Shown: positions 43,136 to 53,174 of the stretch, in pieces
How positions within the stretch are numbered: the first letter of the stretch is position 1
Layout: each line of letters opens with the position of its first letter
Program-made: the position numbers and the translations under genes
Assembly (NCBI GenBank): GCA_964486045.1
Contig: CAZALK010000020.1
Coordinates: 1-64,000 of the forward strand
Source of the DNA: an uncultured archaeon
GTDB lineage: Archaea; Asgardarchaeota; Lokiarchaeia; Sigyniarchaeales; SOKP01
Direction of reading: 5' to 3'
Length of the DNA: 64,000 bases
The notes under the pieces: generated by a model
The model's input: only the letters and a program-made list of their open reading frames with translations
Database searches by the model: none
What the model was told of the DNA's origin: nothing

Positions 43136-43900
43136 ATGGAGGGTAATATTTTCGACCAGATTGCTAAAGATTATCACTCAAAAAGGAGAAAACCGTGGAA
43201 ACCTCTTGAATTCTTTTTTAATTATTTAAAAAGGAAGAAATATTTGTTTAGAGGGATGTCTCTAGATTTGGGTTGTGCAAATGGTAGAAATTTCAAGATT
43301 TTAGGAAATTATCCCAAAAAGCTAATAGGAATTGATAATTCACTTGAATTCCTAAAATTAGCTCAGATTGGTTTAAAGAACTCAGAAAAATATCTAAAAT
43401 CAGAATCAAATTTAATTCAAGTTCTTCTTGCAGATTTAAATTACCTACCAATTAGAAAAAATTCAATCCAAAATATTTTCTCCATCGCGACTATTCACCA
43501 TATTAAGCATAAATCTACACGAAATAAACTCATATCTCAATTTAATCATATTTTAAAAATAGATGGAAACCTTTTAATAACTGTGTGGCGTAAATGGCAA
43601 AAAAAATATCGAAGTTATTTTCTTTTAGATGGAATTAAAAGGAGTTTTAGTTTTAAACATAAGAAGCAACAAAAAATTGATGGTTTGAGTCAGTTTGGGG
43701 ATAAATATATACCATGGACGCTTTCAGAAGAAAATATGATATTTAGTAGATATTATCATTTTTTTTCCAAACGAGAGGTTAAGAATTTATTAAAGAACTT
43801 TACGATAAAAGAATTTAAAATTATGGGTGGTCCAAATAATCATGATAACTTTTTTATTTTAGCCCAAAAAAAAATTATCAGTGGCATTCAATCGAGTTGA
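43136..43900 (+). CDS. Class I SAM methyltransferase (Trm9-like pattern)
   Basis: FDQIAKDY...PW, LDLGCANGRN, SIATIHH, LITVW, RYYHFF. Confidence 0.85.
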   Translation: MEGNIFDQIAKDYHSKRRKPWKPLEFFFNYLKRKKYLFRGMSLDLGCANGRNFKILGNYPKKLIGIDNSLEFLKLAQIGLKNSEKYLKSESNLIQVLLADLNYLPIRKNSIQNIFSIATIHHIKHKSTRNKLISQFNHILKIDGNLLITVWRKWQKKYRSYFLLDGIKRSFSFKHKKQQKIDGLSQFGDKYIPWTLSEENMIFSRYYHFFSKREVKNLLKNFTIKEFKIMGGPNNHDNFFILAQKKIISGIQSS

Positions 43901-44369
43901 GGGTTTTCAACAGACTTGGTTTAAAATTATCATACATGCTTTCTATTACTGCCGTATGAATATTTATTAGTCTCTCAGATATTTCGCAAAAGAAAATACC
44001 ATGTATTACCCTTTCAACAAAATATCTTTTTCTTATCATTTTCCTTCGATGCCCATACCAGAATGTAAATTCATGGGCCATTAGCCAATCTCTTTCTTTT
44101 TTAGTTACTACAATGCCTATTGCATTATAGGTTTCAATGCACCTTTCAACTTCTTTATAATAGAAAAGATTTGCTCTATCTTTTTTTTCCCAATTTAATT
44201 CAATTGTGGAATCTGGACCCCAAATCTCATCATAGTCATTTTGAGAATGAAATATAATTGAACCATTGTTTTCATCACCTTCAAATTCTGTTTCTTTAAA
44301 CCAAATCGCCATCTTATTAATTGATAAATTGCATTCCGATTTTTTGTATACATAAAAACTATATTCCAT
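43878..44369 (-). CDS. Hypothetical protein (PsbP/Mog1-like size, ends in CH)
   Basis: 163-aa ORF; FFCE and terminal ECH; start uncertain. Confidence 0.6.
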   Translation of the reverse strand: MEYSFYVYKKSECNLSINKMAIWFKETEFEGDENNGSIIFHSQNDYDEIWGPDSTIELNWEKKDRANLFYYKEVERCIETYNAIGIVVTKKERDWLMAHEFTFWYGHRRKMIRKRYFVERVIHGIFFCEISERLINIHTAVIESMYDNFKPSLLKTLNSIECH

Positions 44370-44515
44370 GGTTGAACCTACTCAGGTTGATTGTTAATTG
44401 AATAAGGAAACTTATTTCTAAAATATATTTAGTATTTATAAAGCTTCTGGTACAAGAAAATACCTAAAAATAAAATAGGTATAAAGGTTGAAACTACTAA
44501 TTAAAATAATAGATT

Positions 44516-45127
44516 TTACCGCTTGAGCATTTCCTTCCCTTCTTCAATCCATTTTGCTATTCTTTCTAGAGAAACACCACTGATTAAAGATACTAATTCT
44601 TCAGGATTCTCCTTAATTAACTCCTCCACAGATCCAACGCCAAGTTCTGCAAATTTCTTTGCTGTAGCAGCACCTAAACCGGATAGATCAGTTAAACTTG
44701 TTCCTGCTTCTTCAGTTTTAACTTTCTCTCTTTTTACAGGTTTTTTCTTCTCTTTTTTTACAGTATCTGCTTTTTTCTTCACTGCGGGTATTTTAGGGGC
44801 TTTTTCAATAATTTTTTTGGTTTTTACTTCAGGTTTCTCTTTCTTAGGTTTGAAAGGGGTATTCTTCTTCTCTTTTTTTACGAAGGGTTTCCTTTTTTTT
44901 TTCTTCTTCTCAGTTACCTTAAGTGACTTAAGTTTTTCAACGTTTTCTGGATAGGAAGAACGTCTAAAAAAATCAATTTTAATATTTAATTCCTTTAATT
45001 GACTAATATATCTTCCTGAATCCTTTATTTCCCTCAGAGAGTAACCTTCACCCTTTCTCAAAAAAGACTCTCTCGAGGGACTTTTTACTAGGGCAGTGAG
45101 TTCTATTTTATTCCCCATGATTAACAC
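44516..45127 (-). CDS. Ribosomal L13e-like domain + Lys-rich linker + helix-hairpin-helix domain
   Basis: RKGEGYSLREIKDSG...IDFFRRSSYPENVEKL (L13e-like); LTDLSGLGAATAKKFAELGV and ISGVS (HhH). Confidence 0.75.
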   Translation of the reverse strand: MLIMGNKIELTALVKSPSRESFLRKGEGYSLREIKDSGRYISQLKELNIKIDFFRRSSYPENVEKLKSLKVTEKKKKKRKPFVKKEKKNTPFKPKKEKPEVKTKKIIEKAPKIPAVKKKADTVKKEKKKPVKREKVKTEEAGTSLTDLSGLGAATAKKFAELGVGSVEELIKENPEELVSLISGVSLERIAKWIEEGKEMLKR

Positions 45128-45253
45128 ATGATTATTATAATACTAAGGTAATTTTGATAGACTTAGAAACCATTTATTTTTTTCTATTTATATCAAATGC
45201 CTTAAAAACAGTTTAGATAGGTATTTTCAGAATCAAACTTATCACGAAGATCT

Positions 45254-45892
45254 TTATTCCCTTTTAACGATGTCTAATTGTTCTAATTTTTTAAGTGCAT
45301 CAGCAATCTCATTTCTTTTCGAGCTTAACATTCTCGAAATTTTCAGAGCTGAATTTTTTCCAGTGCATAATAAAGCAATTTGAAAATCATAATCGGTTAT
45401 TAAACCCATTGTCAAGACTTTTTCTAATACACTTTTTGCGACCAGCAATTCAGGAAATCCTTCTGCGATTTTTCCTCCCCTTGTTAGATTTTCAACATCA
45501 GCATTTAATGTTTGAAATCGACCCTTTTCCGTTGTAGCTCTAAAGACTTTAAGATCTGACTGATGCTTTTTCCAAAATCTTTTTGCAATTTTATGAATTA
45601 CATCCTTTATTTTTTCTGTATCATCATCTGCGTCAGAAATCGAACAAAATAAGACTCTAGATAAAGGATGATAATAAATTAGAACAGTTGAATCTTCAGA
45701 TTCTATAACTCTATTCATCTCATTCACTCGTCTTCCCTTTACCATTGATTCTTGAATGATATCGATTGTTTTACTAATCACATTAAAAAATCCAGTTAAA
45801 ATATCATCTTGGATTTTTTTTAATTCTTTAAAGGTTGATTCAAAAAGTGAAATTCCATTATCTCCATCGATTAAATAAACTTTATATATCAA
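45254..45892 (-). CDS. Longin/roadblock-like domain fused to a C-terminal winged helix
   Basis: IYKVYLIDGDNGISLFE...ILTGFFNVI; CTGKNSALKISRML...LKKLEQLDIV. Confidence 0.6.
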   Translation of the reverse strand: MIYKVYLIDGDNGISLFESTFKELKKIQDDILTGFFNVISKTIDIIQESMVKGRRVNEMNRVIESEDSTVLIYYHPLSRVLFCSISDADDDTEKIKDVIHKIAKRFWKKHQSDLKVFRATTEKGRFQTLNADVENLTRGGKIAEGFPELLVAKSVLEKVLTMGLITDYDFQIALLCTGKNSALKISRMLSSKRNEIADALKKLEQLDIVKRE

Positions 45893-46043
45893 ATTTTCAA
45901 CAAATTTGCACTATATTCTTCTTATAAAAGTAATAAAATCTCATCCTTTTGAATTTTTATTAAATCAAGTTTCTAAATAATTAAAATTAAAAGCTGAAAA
46001 TTTATACATTTTATAAAAACTATTTAAATTCACGATTTCAAGA

Positions 46044-47291
46044 ATGAAAACAAAGAAAGTATTTCTTTTTATGTTCTTATTTTTTTTTCCGGTATCAATT
46101 TCAGCTTATCCGAACTTACCGACACCATCAACAATGTTGGATAATTTTCCATTCACATCTTCCCCTGATTATGGTGTTTCTAATTATAATATTACCCAAA
46201 GTGTAAAATATAATATAGAAATCAACTTTACTTTAACTCACAAATCAGGTCCTGGTTCCTATTATTTTAAATTTGCACGATTAAATAACAGAATGCCAAA
46301 CTCAACAAAGTCTCAATATACTCCCCCTTATCAAGAGAGTAATCTTTTATATAATAATATAACAGGATACTCAGTGCTTAATATGGACCATAATGACCAA
46401 TTTAATAACACTTATGACTCTTTTAACGCAACATTACTACCCGAAGAAACAGTTACATTAAGTCAACACTATATCACTGAAGTAAATGCTATCAATTTTC
46501 TGGAAGTTGATATGGCAGATATTGAGGTCTATAATACGTCAGATGAAATATTCTCTTTATATTCTAACAATACAGAACTATATTATGAGCGAAACAATTC
46601 CGTTTTAGTTGATTTGTCTAATAACCTTGTAGATCCAGCTGATAATCCGATAGAAAAAGCGCAGAAGATTTTTAACTGGGTTATAAGCAACCTTGAATAT
46701 AATGGAGAGTTACCTGCTCAAGAAAAGGGAGCCCTTTGGGCTTATAATAATCTAAAGGGAGATTGTAGTGAATATTCGAGTTTGATGATTACATTATTAC
46801 GTATTCAAGGTATACCAGCTCGCAAAATAACCGGATTCTTAGTATCTAATAACCTCGCTTTGAGACCTCAAGCAGGTAATTCTTGGAACTTCTATGTCTC
46901 AGATTCAGGCGATAACATGTTAGGACATGCTTGGATTGAATATTATGTTCCTAATATTGGCTGGATTGCAAGTGATCCTACTTGGAAAACAGGTTATTTT
47001 AATAATATTGATTATCTTCGGTTCCATCTCAATGTAGGAGCGAACATCTTTTTTCCTCCTGATAGTACTGTGAGTGAGTTTGCTAATCCCATTTTTGCTT
47101 ATTCTGGAGGAGCAACCTTTACATTTAGTTATGACATTGATATAACCGTTATAGAGTCGAACCTGTTACCGTTGGAGCAATTCCCATTATTGTTTGCTAT
47201 ATTTATTGGGGTAGGGGCTGCCGCTGTGCTATTTACACTGATTATTATAATAAAAAGAAGTCGCAAGAAAGATTTTTTTGAATATGAATAA
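46044..47291 (+). CDS. Secreted, membrane-anchored transglutaminase-like protein
   Basis: Signal peptide, GDCSEYS, GIPAR, HAWIE, DPTW (Cys-His-Asp), C-terminal TM with basic tail. Confidence 0.9.
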   Translation: MKTKKVFLFMFLFFFPVSISAYPNLPTPSTMLDNFPFTSSPDYGVSNYNITQSVKYNIEINFTLTHKSGPGSYYFKFARLNNRMPNSTKSQYTPPYQESNLLYNNITGYSVLNMDHNDQFNNTYDSFNATLLPEETVTLSQHYITEVNAINFLEVDMADIEVYNTSDEIFSLYSNNTELYYERNNSVLVDLSNNLVDPADNPIEKAQKIFNWVISNLEYNGELPAQEKGALWAYNNLKGDCSEYSSLMITLLRIQGIPARKITGFLVSNNLALRPQAGNSWNFYVSDSGDNMLGHAWIEYYVPNIGWIASDPTWKTGYFNNIDYLRFHLNVGANIFFPPDSTVSEFANPIFAYSGGATFTFSYDIDITVIESNLLPLEQFPLLFAIFIGVGAAAVLFTLIIIIKRSRKKDFFEYE

Positions 47292-47323
47292 ATAATTCCA
47301 AGATTTAGTTTTCTTTTTTTTTT

Positions 47324-48790
47324 CTAAATATAAGTATGGATTAACTCCAGCAGATTTTTTGAGAAATCTGGTAAGTTTTTCTCTATTTTTTTAATTTCAA
47401 GAGATTTTTCAATAAACATTAGTAAATATAAGTTATATTTTTCAACTTGGATTTTTTTAAAAACAACTTTCTTAGAGTCGTCAGCAATTCCGGTGGATAC
47501 TAAAAAATCTTGTTTCAATACTTTGAATTCCTTAAAGGTTTTATACAAGGTTTGAAAGTGAGGTGCTGAGATTTCAAAAACCCTGTCAGATATCTCAGAT
47601 TTTGAAAAATTGGATAATATTATTCCATTTTCGTTAAGTAATAAAATTGCGTCTGAATTCGTTTTTCTTGCGAATTGCTTCAATTGATTTCTGAATAATT
47701 CTCGATTAGGACTTAACTGAGAAAGTCCATATGAATAAGCAGTAATAAGACTCCAATGGTCGAAAATACTAGTTTGGAATATTTTAGTTAAAAATCGATC
47801 AGATCTCTTTTCTACCTCATCAGCAATAATTTCTAAATTTTTAAATATTTCTTTTGAACCCTTCAGATCAGGATCGAATTTATTTAAACACACAACTATG
47901 GGCGGAAATTCATCTAATTCGACTAATATTTTCGAAATTCTTTGGAAAAGATTTAATGCTTCTTCAATTCTCTCTACATCTTGTATATCAATAAAGAAGA
48001 AAATTAGATCAACATTATATAAATAGACTTGACTTTGCTCAAGAAATCTTTCTAAATATTTTTTTTGGCCACCTATATCCCATAGAGAGATTAACGAGTT
48101 CTGTTCTTCAAATATATTCTCTTCTGTTCTTTCAACACCTTTAGTAGGTAATGATTTGATAATTTCTGAATATTTCTTTCTGATTCCATAAAGAAAACTT
48201 GATTTACCAGCCTTATCTAATCCTGTCAATAATATTTTAATTTGTCTTTTTGGAGAAAAAGGATCTTTTAATTCTTTTGTAAACTCGAATAGTTCTTCTC
48301 TAATATCATCCATTATTCGTTTCTGGTCATTAAATTCTTTTACATTCTGAATTTGTGTAGCTGTTTTATCGATTATAATCCTTAAATATTTCATATTTTC
48401 ATAAAAAAAAACCTTATCTTCTTCGTCAATTAATACAGTTATTGTCGCAGCTAGTGCTTGACCGCGTGCTTTTTCATCAGGGATAAGAAAAAAATAAGTT
48501 AAGCCATTCAATTTTAAATCAGGAAAAGGAAGAATTCCAAAGTAGTTAACTCCTATGTCTGATCCCTGAGAATTTTGATAAACTGAATCACCCATAAGCA
48601 AACTAATAGTTTTCATAGCTATTAGAAGTCCTGATTTCTCTTCTAGGTTAGAAGGCCATATTATTCTAGGTGTTGGGCCTTTTTCATCAAAAATACTTAA
48701 AACAACCGCTTTTATTAGATTGGATTTTTTGTCACCTGTATCGTTTCCTTTCATCTTCTTCTTATTCGAATTTGAGTCGGTTTTTGCCAA
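47324..48790 (-). CDS. uDENN/longin + Rag/Arf-like small GTPase + roadblock fusion protein
   Basis: LSIFDEKGP; FFLIPDEKARG; G1 GLDKAGKS, G2 PT, G3 WDIGGQ, G4 NKFD, G5 TSIFD; C-terminal AILLLNENGIILS. Confidence 0.85.
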   Translation of the reverse strand: MAKTDSNSNKKKMKGNDTGDKKSNLIKAVVLSIFDEKGPTPRIIWPSNLEEKSGLLIAMKTISLLMGDSVYQNSQGSDIGVNYFGILPFPDLKLNGLTYFFLIPDEKARGQALAATITVLIDEEDKVFFYENMKYLRIIIDKTATQIQNVKEFNDQKRIMDDIREELFEFTKELKDPFSPKRQIKILLTGLDKAGKSSFLYGIRKKYSEIIKSLPTKGVERTEENIFEEQNSLISLWDIGGQKKYLERFLEQSQVYLYNVDLIFFFIDIQDVERIEEALNLFQRISKILVELDEFPPIVVCLNKFDPDLKGSKEIFKNLEIIADEVEKRSDRFLTKIFQTSIFDHWSLITAYSYGLSQLSPNRELFRNQLKQFARKTNSDAILLLNENGIILSNFSKSEISDRVFEISAPHFQTLYKTFKEFKVLKQDFLVSTGIADDSKKVVFKKIQVEKYNLYLLMFIEKSLEIKKIEKNLPDFSKNLLELIHTYI

Positions 48791-48953
48791 TGTATTCCCT
48801 TATCTCTTGCATTAAAATAAGTGATGTTAGATTTTTATTATTATCTCTAACTTATAGTTTAATAAAATCTTGAAATCACATTAATAGATCCAAAATAACA
48901 ATTATTATTAAATCATTACTTTTCTCTCTGAAAAACTGATAATTAAAAAAAAA

Positions 48954-50762
48954 TTATGAAAAAAATCCCAATCTTACTAGTTTAGACGGTAAAAAGATTC
49001 TATTTACAAAATCCTCTAGAGTTAGATTACTTTTTGTAAGTTCAGTTAAAGATATATATTCAATTGCACCATTTTGGATAAACTGGTGGTAAACCTCTTG
49101 ATTTTTAACTTTTTGTATTACATTAATTTCAGAATCTTCCCGAAAATGAGCAGTATTTGTATAATATGACATTTTTCCTTTGAATTGGGGAATCGCTACT
49201 CCTGGAAAATGTTTTAGATCTAATTTTGCAAATCTGGAGGGTGATTTTTCAGAGGTATTTTCACTTAATACATGGCGAATATTACTATTCTTAGATAGCT
49301 CTTTACAGACTTGATTCATCTCAATTAGGATTTTTTTGCCAAAAGTGAATACATCTGAACCTTCGTGCAGCTCGTAATCTGTTAAGAATTTAATAGCTTC
49401 GTTTAAACCAATAAAACTTATTGATAAGTATTGATTTTCTAAATTATAGAGATTCTGATTCTTAATATTAGTATTAAATAACGGCAAGTGATTTGACTGT
49501 AACCTTCTTCTTATGATATCATATTTTTTTAGTAAAATCCTAGAAGATAAATTCATTTTAGCTTTGAGTATCTCTAAGAAATCATCTTCATCCTTACTCA
49601 GATAAGCAAAGCGAGGAAGGTTCAAACAAACCTCTTGAAGCATCCCTTGGTTATCATAACTAGGATAAGAAATTTTTTTACCTTTTTCATCATTGAAAAG
49701 GTGAGCATTTGAATTTAATAAAATTGGAGTTCTCATTGTTAATGTTTCATCCCAGACTTTATGATAAGCATCACCATACTTATTTAACAGTGTTTCATTA
49801 ATATAAATTTCATGTTTGGGAGTATTAAATGGATTTTTATTATCATCACCTCCTTTAAAATTATAGGTAAAGGAGTTAAATATCTTCAGACAATCCTCAT
49901 AATAATCTTCATAACATCCCTCGATTTTTCCAAAGGGTCCAACTGCAGGGTATTTTAATAAATATTTAACAATAGTAGGGTGAGTCATAATAGTGGTTGG
50001 AGGAATTGTCCGACCGGTTATTACTGAAAAATAATTCATTTCATAAATGAAATTCCTTATTATATGATTTAAATCTTGTTCATTAGATTCTTTAACATAT
50101 GGTGCTAAGTAGATATTAATATTATTATATCCTTGACTTCCACAAATTTCATTTTGAGTTAATAATAACCATTTAATTAAATGATCGCAGGCTTCCCTTA
50201 AGTTTTTTGCTGGTTTAAGTTTGCAACAAGGAAGATTTTTATTTAGAGGTGGTAAGCCATTTTCTAAAACGATACTGGGATCCCAAATTTGAGTCAGTGG
50301 TTTTAAATCAAAATATCGCAACTTATGAATATGGATGTCTCCGTATAAATGAGCCTTGGATTCTTCATTGGTGAGAATTCTTAAATGAGCATATTCTTCA
50401 GAGATTCGATTTGAAGCCCAATTATGTATTTTCTCGGGGTTTATCACAATTTTTGGGTAATCAACCAAACCCTTTTCGAGAATTTCTTCATAATCCATTA
50501 ATGGCATTCCAATTCTAGTGTATAATTTACGTTCATTTTCAAAATGTTGTTCAGAAAGTATTGAGCATACAATTTCTCTTATATGCGGTCCAGAAAGAAA
50601 TTTGATGCCAGAACTAATGATCCTTCTTACTACAAGTTCAGTAATCCTCTTAGCTTTGTCTTCACTCAAGTTAGTCTCTTTAACAATGCTTTCAAAAATT
50701 ATCGGGGAGTTAAAATCTGTTAAATCCCCTTCAGTTCTGAAAACTTTTGGTAATAAATCCAT
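48954..50762 (-). CDS. ATP-cone + class III ribonucleotide reductase (NrdD)-like protein lacking catalytic motifs
   Basis: ATP cone (LSGPHIREIV), AHLYGDIHIH, LNLPRFA, IGLNEA, YYTNT-H. No C-terminal CxxC or RxxGY. Confidence 0.8.
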   Translation of the reverse strand: MDLLPKVFRTEGDLTDFNSPIIFESIVKETNLSEDKAKRITELVVRRIISSGIKFLSGPHIREIVCSILSEQHFENERKLYTRIGMPLMDYEEILEKGLVDYPKIVINPEKIHNWASNRISEEYAHLRILTNEESKAHLYGDIHIHKLRYFDLKPLTQIWDPSIVLENGLPPLNKNLPCCKLKPAKNLREACDHLIKWLLLTQNEICGSQGYNNINIYLAPYVKESNEQDLNHIIRNFIYEMNYFSVITGRTIPPTTIMTHPTIVKYLLKYPAVGPFGKIEGCYEDYYEDCLKIFNSFTYNFKGGDDNKNPFNTPKHEIYINETLLNKYGDAYHKVWDETLTMRTPILLNSNAHLFNDEKGKKISYPSYDNQGMLQEVCLNLPRFAYLSKDEDDFLEILKAKMNLSSRILLKKYDIIRRRLQSNHLPLFNTNIKNQNLYNLENQYLSISFIGLNEAIKFLTDYELHEGSDVFTFGKKILIEMNQVCKELSKNSNIRHVLSENTSEKSPSRFAKLDLKHFPGVAIPQFKGKMSYYTNTAHFREDSEINVIQKVKNQEVYHQFIQNGAIEYISLTELTKSNLTLEDFVNRIFLPSKLVRLGFFS

Positions 50763-50954
50763 GATGAGGTTATTATCGATTTTTTTTAGTTTTAATATTT
50801 ACCTTTGAATTATTATATTCAAAAACCTTAAAAAAAAAAATTATTAATGGATTACATTAGATGTTAATTTTACTTTTTACATGATTGTACTCAATCTTTA
50901 AATAGATCCATAAGGAGCATTTAGTTTGAGTACTAAAGCTTTTTATAGAATTTC

Positions 50955-51782
50955 TTGACTCTCTTTATGTTATTTTATAGGGAGAACGTAAATTATTATA
51001 TGTCAAAATTATACTCATATTCCTCTTTACAACGATTTTTTAGCAGTATTTATTATATCTTGCAGGAGATTGATACAAAAATTGTTGAAGTCTGGTGTGA
51101 AATTCCAAGGATTACATTTTTTAAGAATCTTAGTAATTCTAAGCTTAGAGATTTCTTAGGGAAGTTTGAATTTATCTCCATTAAGAAGGGGAACTATATT
51201 TACTATGTTGTAATTAATAAAATATTATTTATCATCGATTGCATCAAATATTTACAATTTGACATTAAAAATCTTTCTGAAATTTTAGACTATAGTGGAT
51301 TTGAGACATTAATAAAAGAGATTTTATCTAAAAACAGTTATCGGTCAATTACAAACTTCCGATTTTCAGATAAAAATAAGGTAGGATCAGAAAATTCACA
51401 GAAAAGGTATGAAATTGATGTTATAGGAATTTATTATAATTTTATTTTAATTATAGATGCAAAACAATGGAAACATAGAGATACGTTTGGTTCATTAAAT
51501 AAAGCAGCAACAAAGCAATATCATAGATTATTAGCCCTAAAAAGAAATCCAGGAGTCTTCGCAAAACTTATCTCTGAAATACTAGGTGAAAAACCCAATA
51601 AAAAAAAACACTTTCCATTAATATTAATTCCCGTTATTGTAACACAAGAAAATAATTATATTAAATTAAATGATGATCAGGTACCACTTGTTTCGATTTA
51701 TGAGTTAAATGCTTTTTTAGATGAATTACCAAACAACTTACACTATTTTAAAACCGTTCAAGTAGATAGAGTTTTTTTATAG
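50955..51782 (+). CDS. PD-(D/E)xK restriction-endonuclease/NERD-like protein
   Basis: FETLIKEIL, YEIDVIG...IIDAKQW. Confidence 0.75.
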   Translation: MTLFMLFYRENVNYYMSKLYSYSSLQRFFSSIYYILQEIDTKIVEVWCEIPRITFFKNLSNSKLRDFLGKFEFISIKKGNYIYYVVINKILFIIDCIKYLQFDIKNLSEILDYSGFETLIKEILSKNSYRSITNFRFSDKNKVGSENSQKRYEIDVIGIYYNFILIIDAKQWKHRDTFGSLNKAATKQYHRLLALKRNPGVFAKLISEILGEKPNKKKHFPLILIPVIVTQENNYIKLNDDQVPLVSIYELNAFLDELPNNLHYFKTVQVDRVFL

Positions 51783-51852
51783 AAAAAATATTAATTTTCA
51801 CCTATTTGTGAAAAATAATTAATCAATTAAAAAGATGCATCAACCCAAGATG

Positions 51853-52938
51853 TTATTTTTTTAATCCTAAATAATGTTTTACTTGTTTTTTTATAAGATT
51901 CATAGCAATAGAAATAATACCACTCTTAACTTGAGGATGTGAAAACAGTATTAAAATCATATCTTTAAGACTCGAAGTTTCTAGATCAAGAAATGCCATA
52001 TCTAAAACTCCCTCAGTACCTCTCACTGATATCGATCTTAAAGCTCCAGCACTTAAACCATCGATGATATCCGCACTTATCATTGAAAGATTTATCCCTA
52101 TTGTACCAAATAAGGATTCCGATATTCTACTTGAAATAGCTGACGCTAACATTGTCCCATCTGTTTTTATGATTGCTGATGCCTCAATTTTTGAATCTAA
52201 AGTTATCAATTCTTTTAATATCTCATTCATCGAAGCTGGTGGTAATTTATTTTTTGGTTCTTTCTGAGAAGTTGATTTAGGTTCTTTTAGTTTTATTTTA
52301 TTTACGATAATTTTCTTTGATAGAAAACCAAGAACCTCCGACATGTCTTTCTCTAGTTTCTTCTGTTTTATAATAGCAAGATCTGAGTCTACAGTTTTAA
52401 GGGGGAGCGGAGTTGTAGATGGTTTAGGTTTCTTAATTTCAACTTCGAGAACAGATTTTTTAAGTTCTTTTAGTGCATCTGAGATAACTCCATTAGATTT
52501 AGGGATGAGAGAAATGAATTCTTTTTTGTCTGAGAGAATAGTACCTTTAAATGGTTTCGGGGTTATTTCTTGTAATATTGGGGGGGTTTTTTCTTCTAAA
52601 TTGTGTTTCGTTTCTAGAGGTATTTCTGTAAGGGAATCCGATTCAATTTCTTCATTATCTTCTATTGGAATATCACCAAGCTTTGAAAAATCACTTAGTT
52701 TCTCTTCTTCTATCGGTATCTCATGTAATTCTAATTCTTCTGGTTCTAGATCTTCCGGTACTTTAGGTTCTTCTATTATTTGAGTAATAGGAACTTTTTT
52801 TGCTTTTTCTTCTTTAACGGTTTTAGGTTTTTTAGGTCTAGAGGTTCTAGTAGAAATTGGTAGTAATGCCCCACATGTTCTACAGATACGAGTTTTTTTC
52901 TCATTATTTGTTGTCCCACAGTTATTACAAATTATTAT
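51853..52938 (-). CDS. Zinc ribbon + Pro/Glu/Lys-rich linker + roadblock/LC7 domain, 361 aa, probable ATA start
   Basis: Frame is open from ATA 52938 (IIICNNCGTTN...ICRTCGALL) to the called ATG at 52344. Roadblock IEASAIIKTDGTMLAS...ISVRGTEG. GGGGGAG upstream. Confidence 0.82.
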   Translation of the reverse strand: MIICNNCGTTNNEKKTRICRTCGALLPISTRTSRPKKPKTVKEEKAKKVPITQIIEEPKVPEDLEPEELELHEIPIEEEKLSDFSKLGDIPIEDNEEIESDSLTEIPLETKHNLEEKTPPILQEITPKPFKGTILSDKKEFISLIPKSNGVISDALKELKKSVLEVEIKKPKPSTTPLPLKTVDSDLAIIKQKKLEKDMSEVLGFLSKKIIVNKIKLKEPKSTSQKEPKNKLPPASMNEILKELITLDSKIEASAIIKTDGTMLASAISSRISESLFGTIGINLSMISADIIDGLSAGALRSISVRGTEGVLDMAFLDLETSSLKDMILILFSHPQVKSGIISIAMNLIKKQVKHYLGLKK

Positions 52939-53174
52939 TGATTATTCTCCCCCAGTATGATTTTAGCACTAATACTACAGTAAATTTTAGAAATTTTTAG
53001 TTATTAGTTTTATAGTGTTTAATTTATAAATAGAAATTTGATATTATTAATATTAGCAACTTGAATTTGCCAATTTAATTTGTACTTTTAATGAATATTT
53101 TTAAAATTCCTAATTCTAATTACAGTCATTAAAGTTGAATAAAAAATAGTCATAAATTATTTTAGAAACTGCTA

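Noticed and set aside
52343-52783. Plus-strand 146-aa ORF and the many other short overlapping ORFs in the track (e.g. 44523-44954, 25896-26186, 5296-5484)
   Set aside because: Antisense shadows of well-supported opposite-strand genes; Ser/Phe-rich, with no recognisable motifs.
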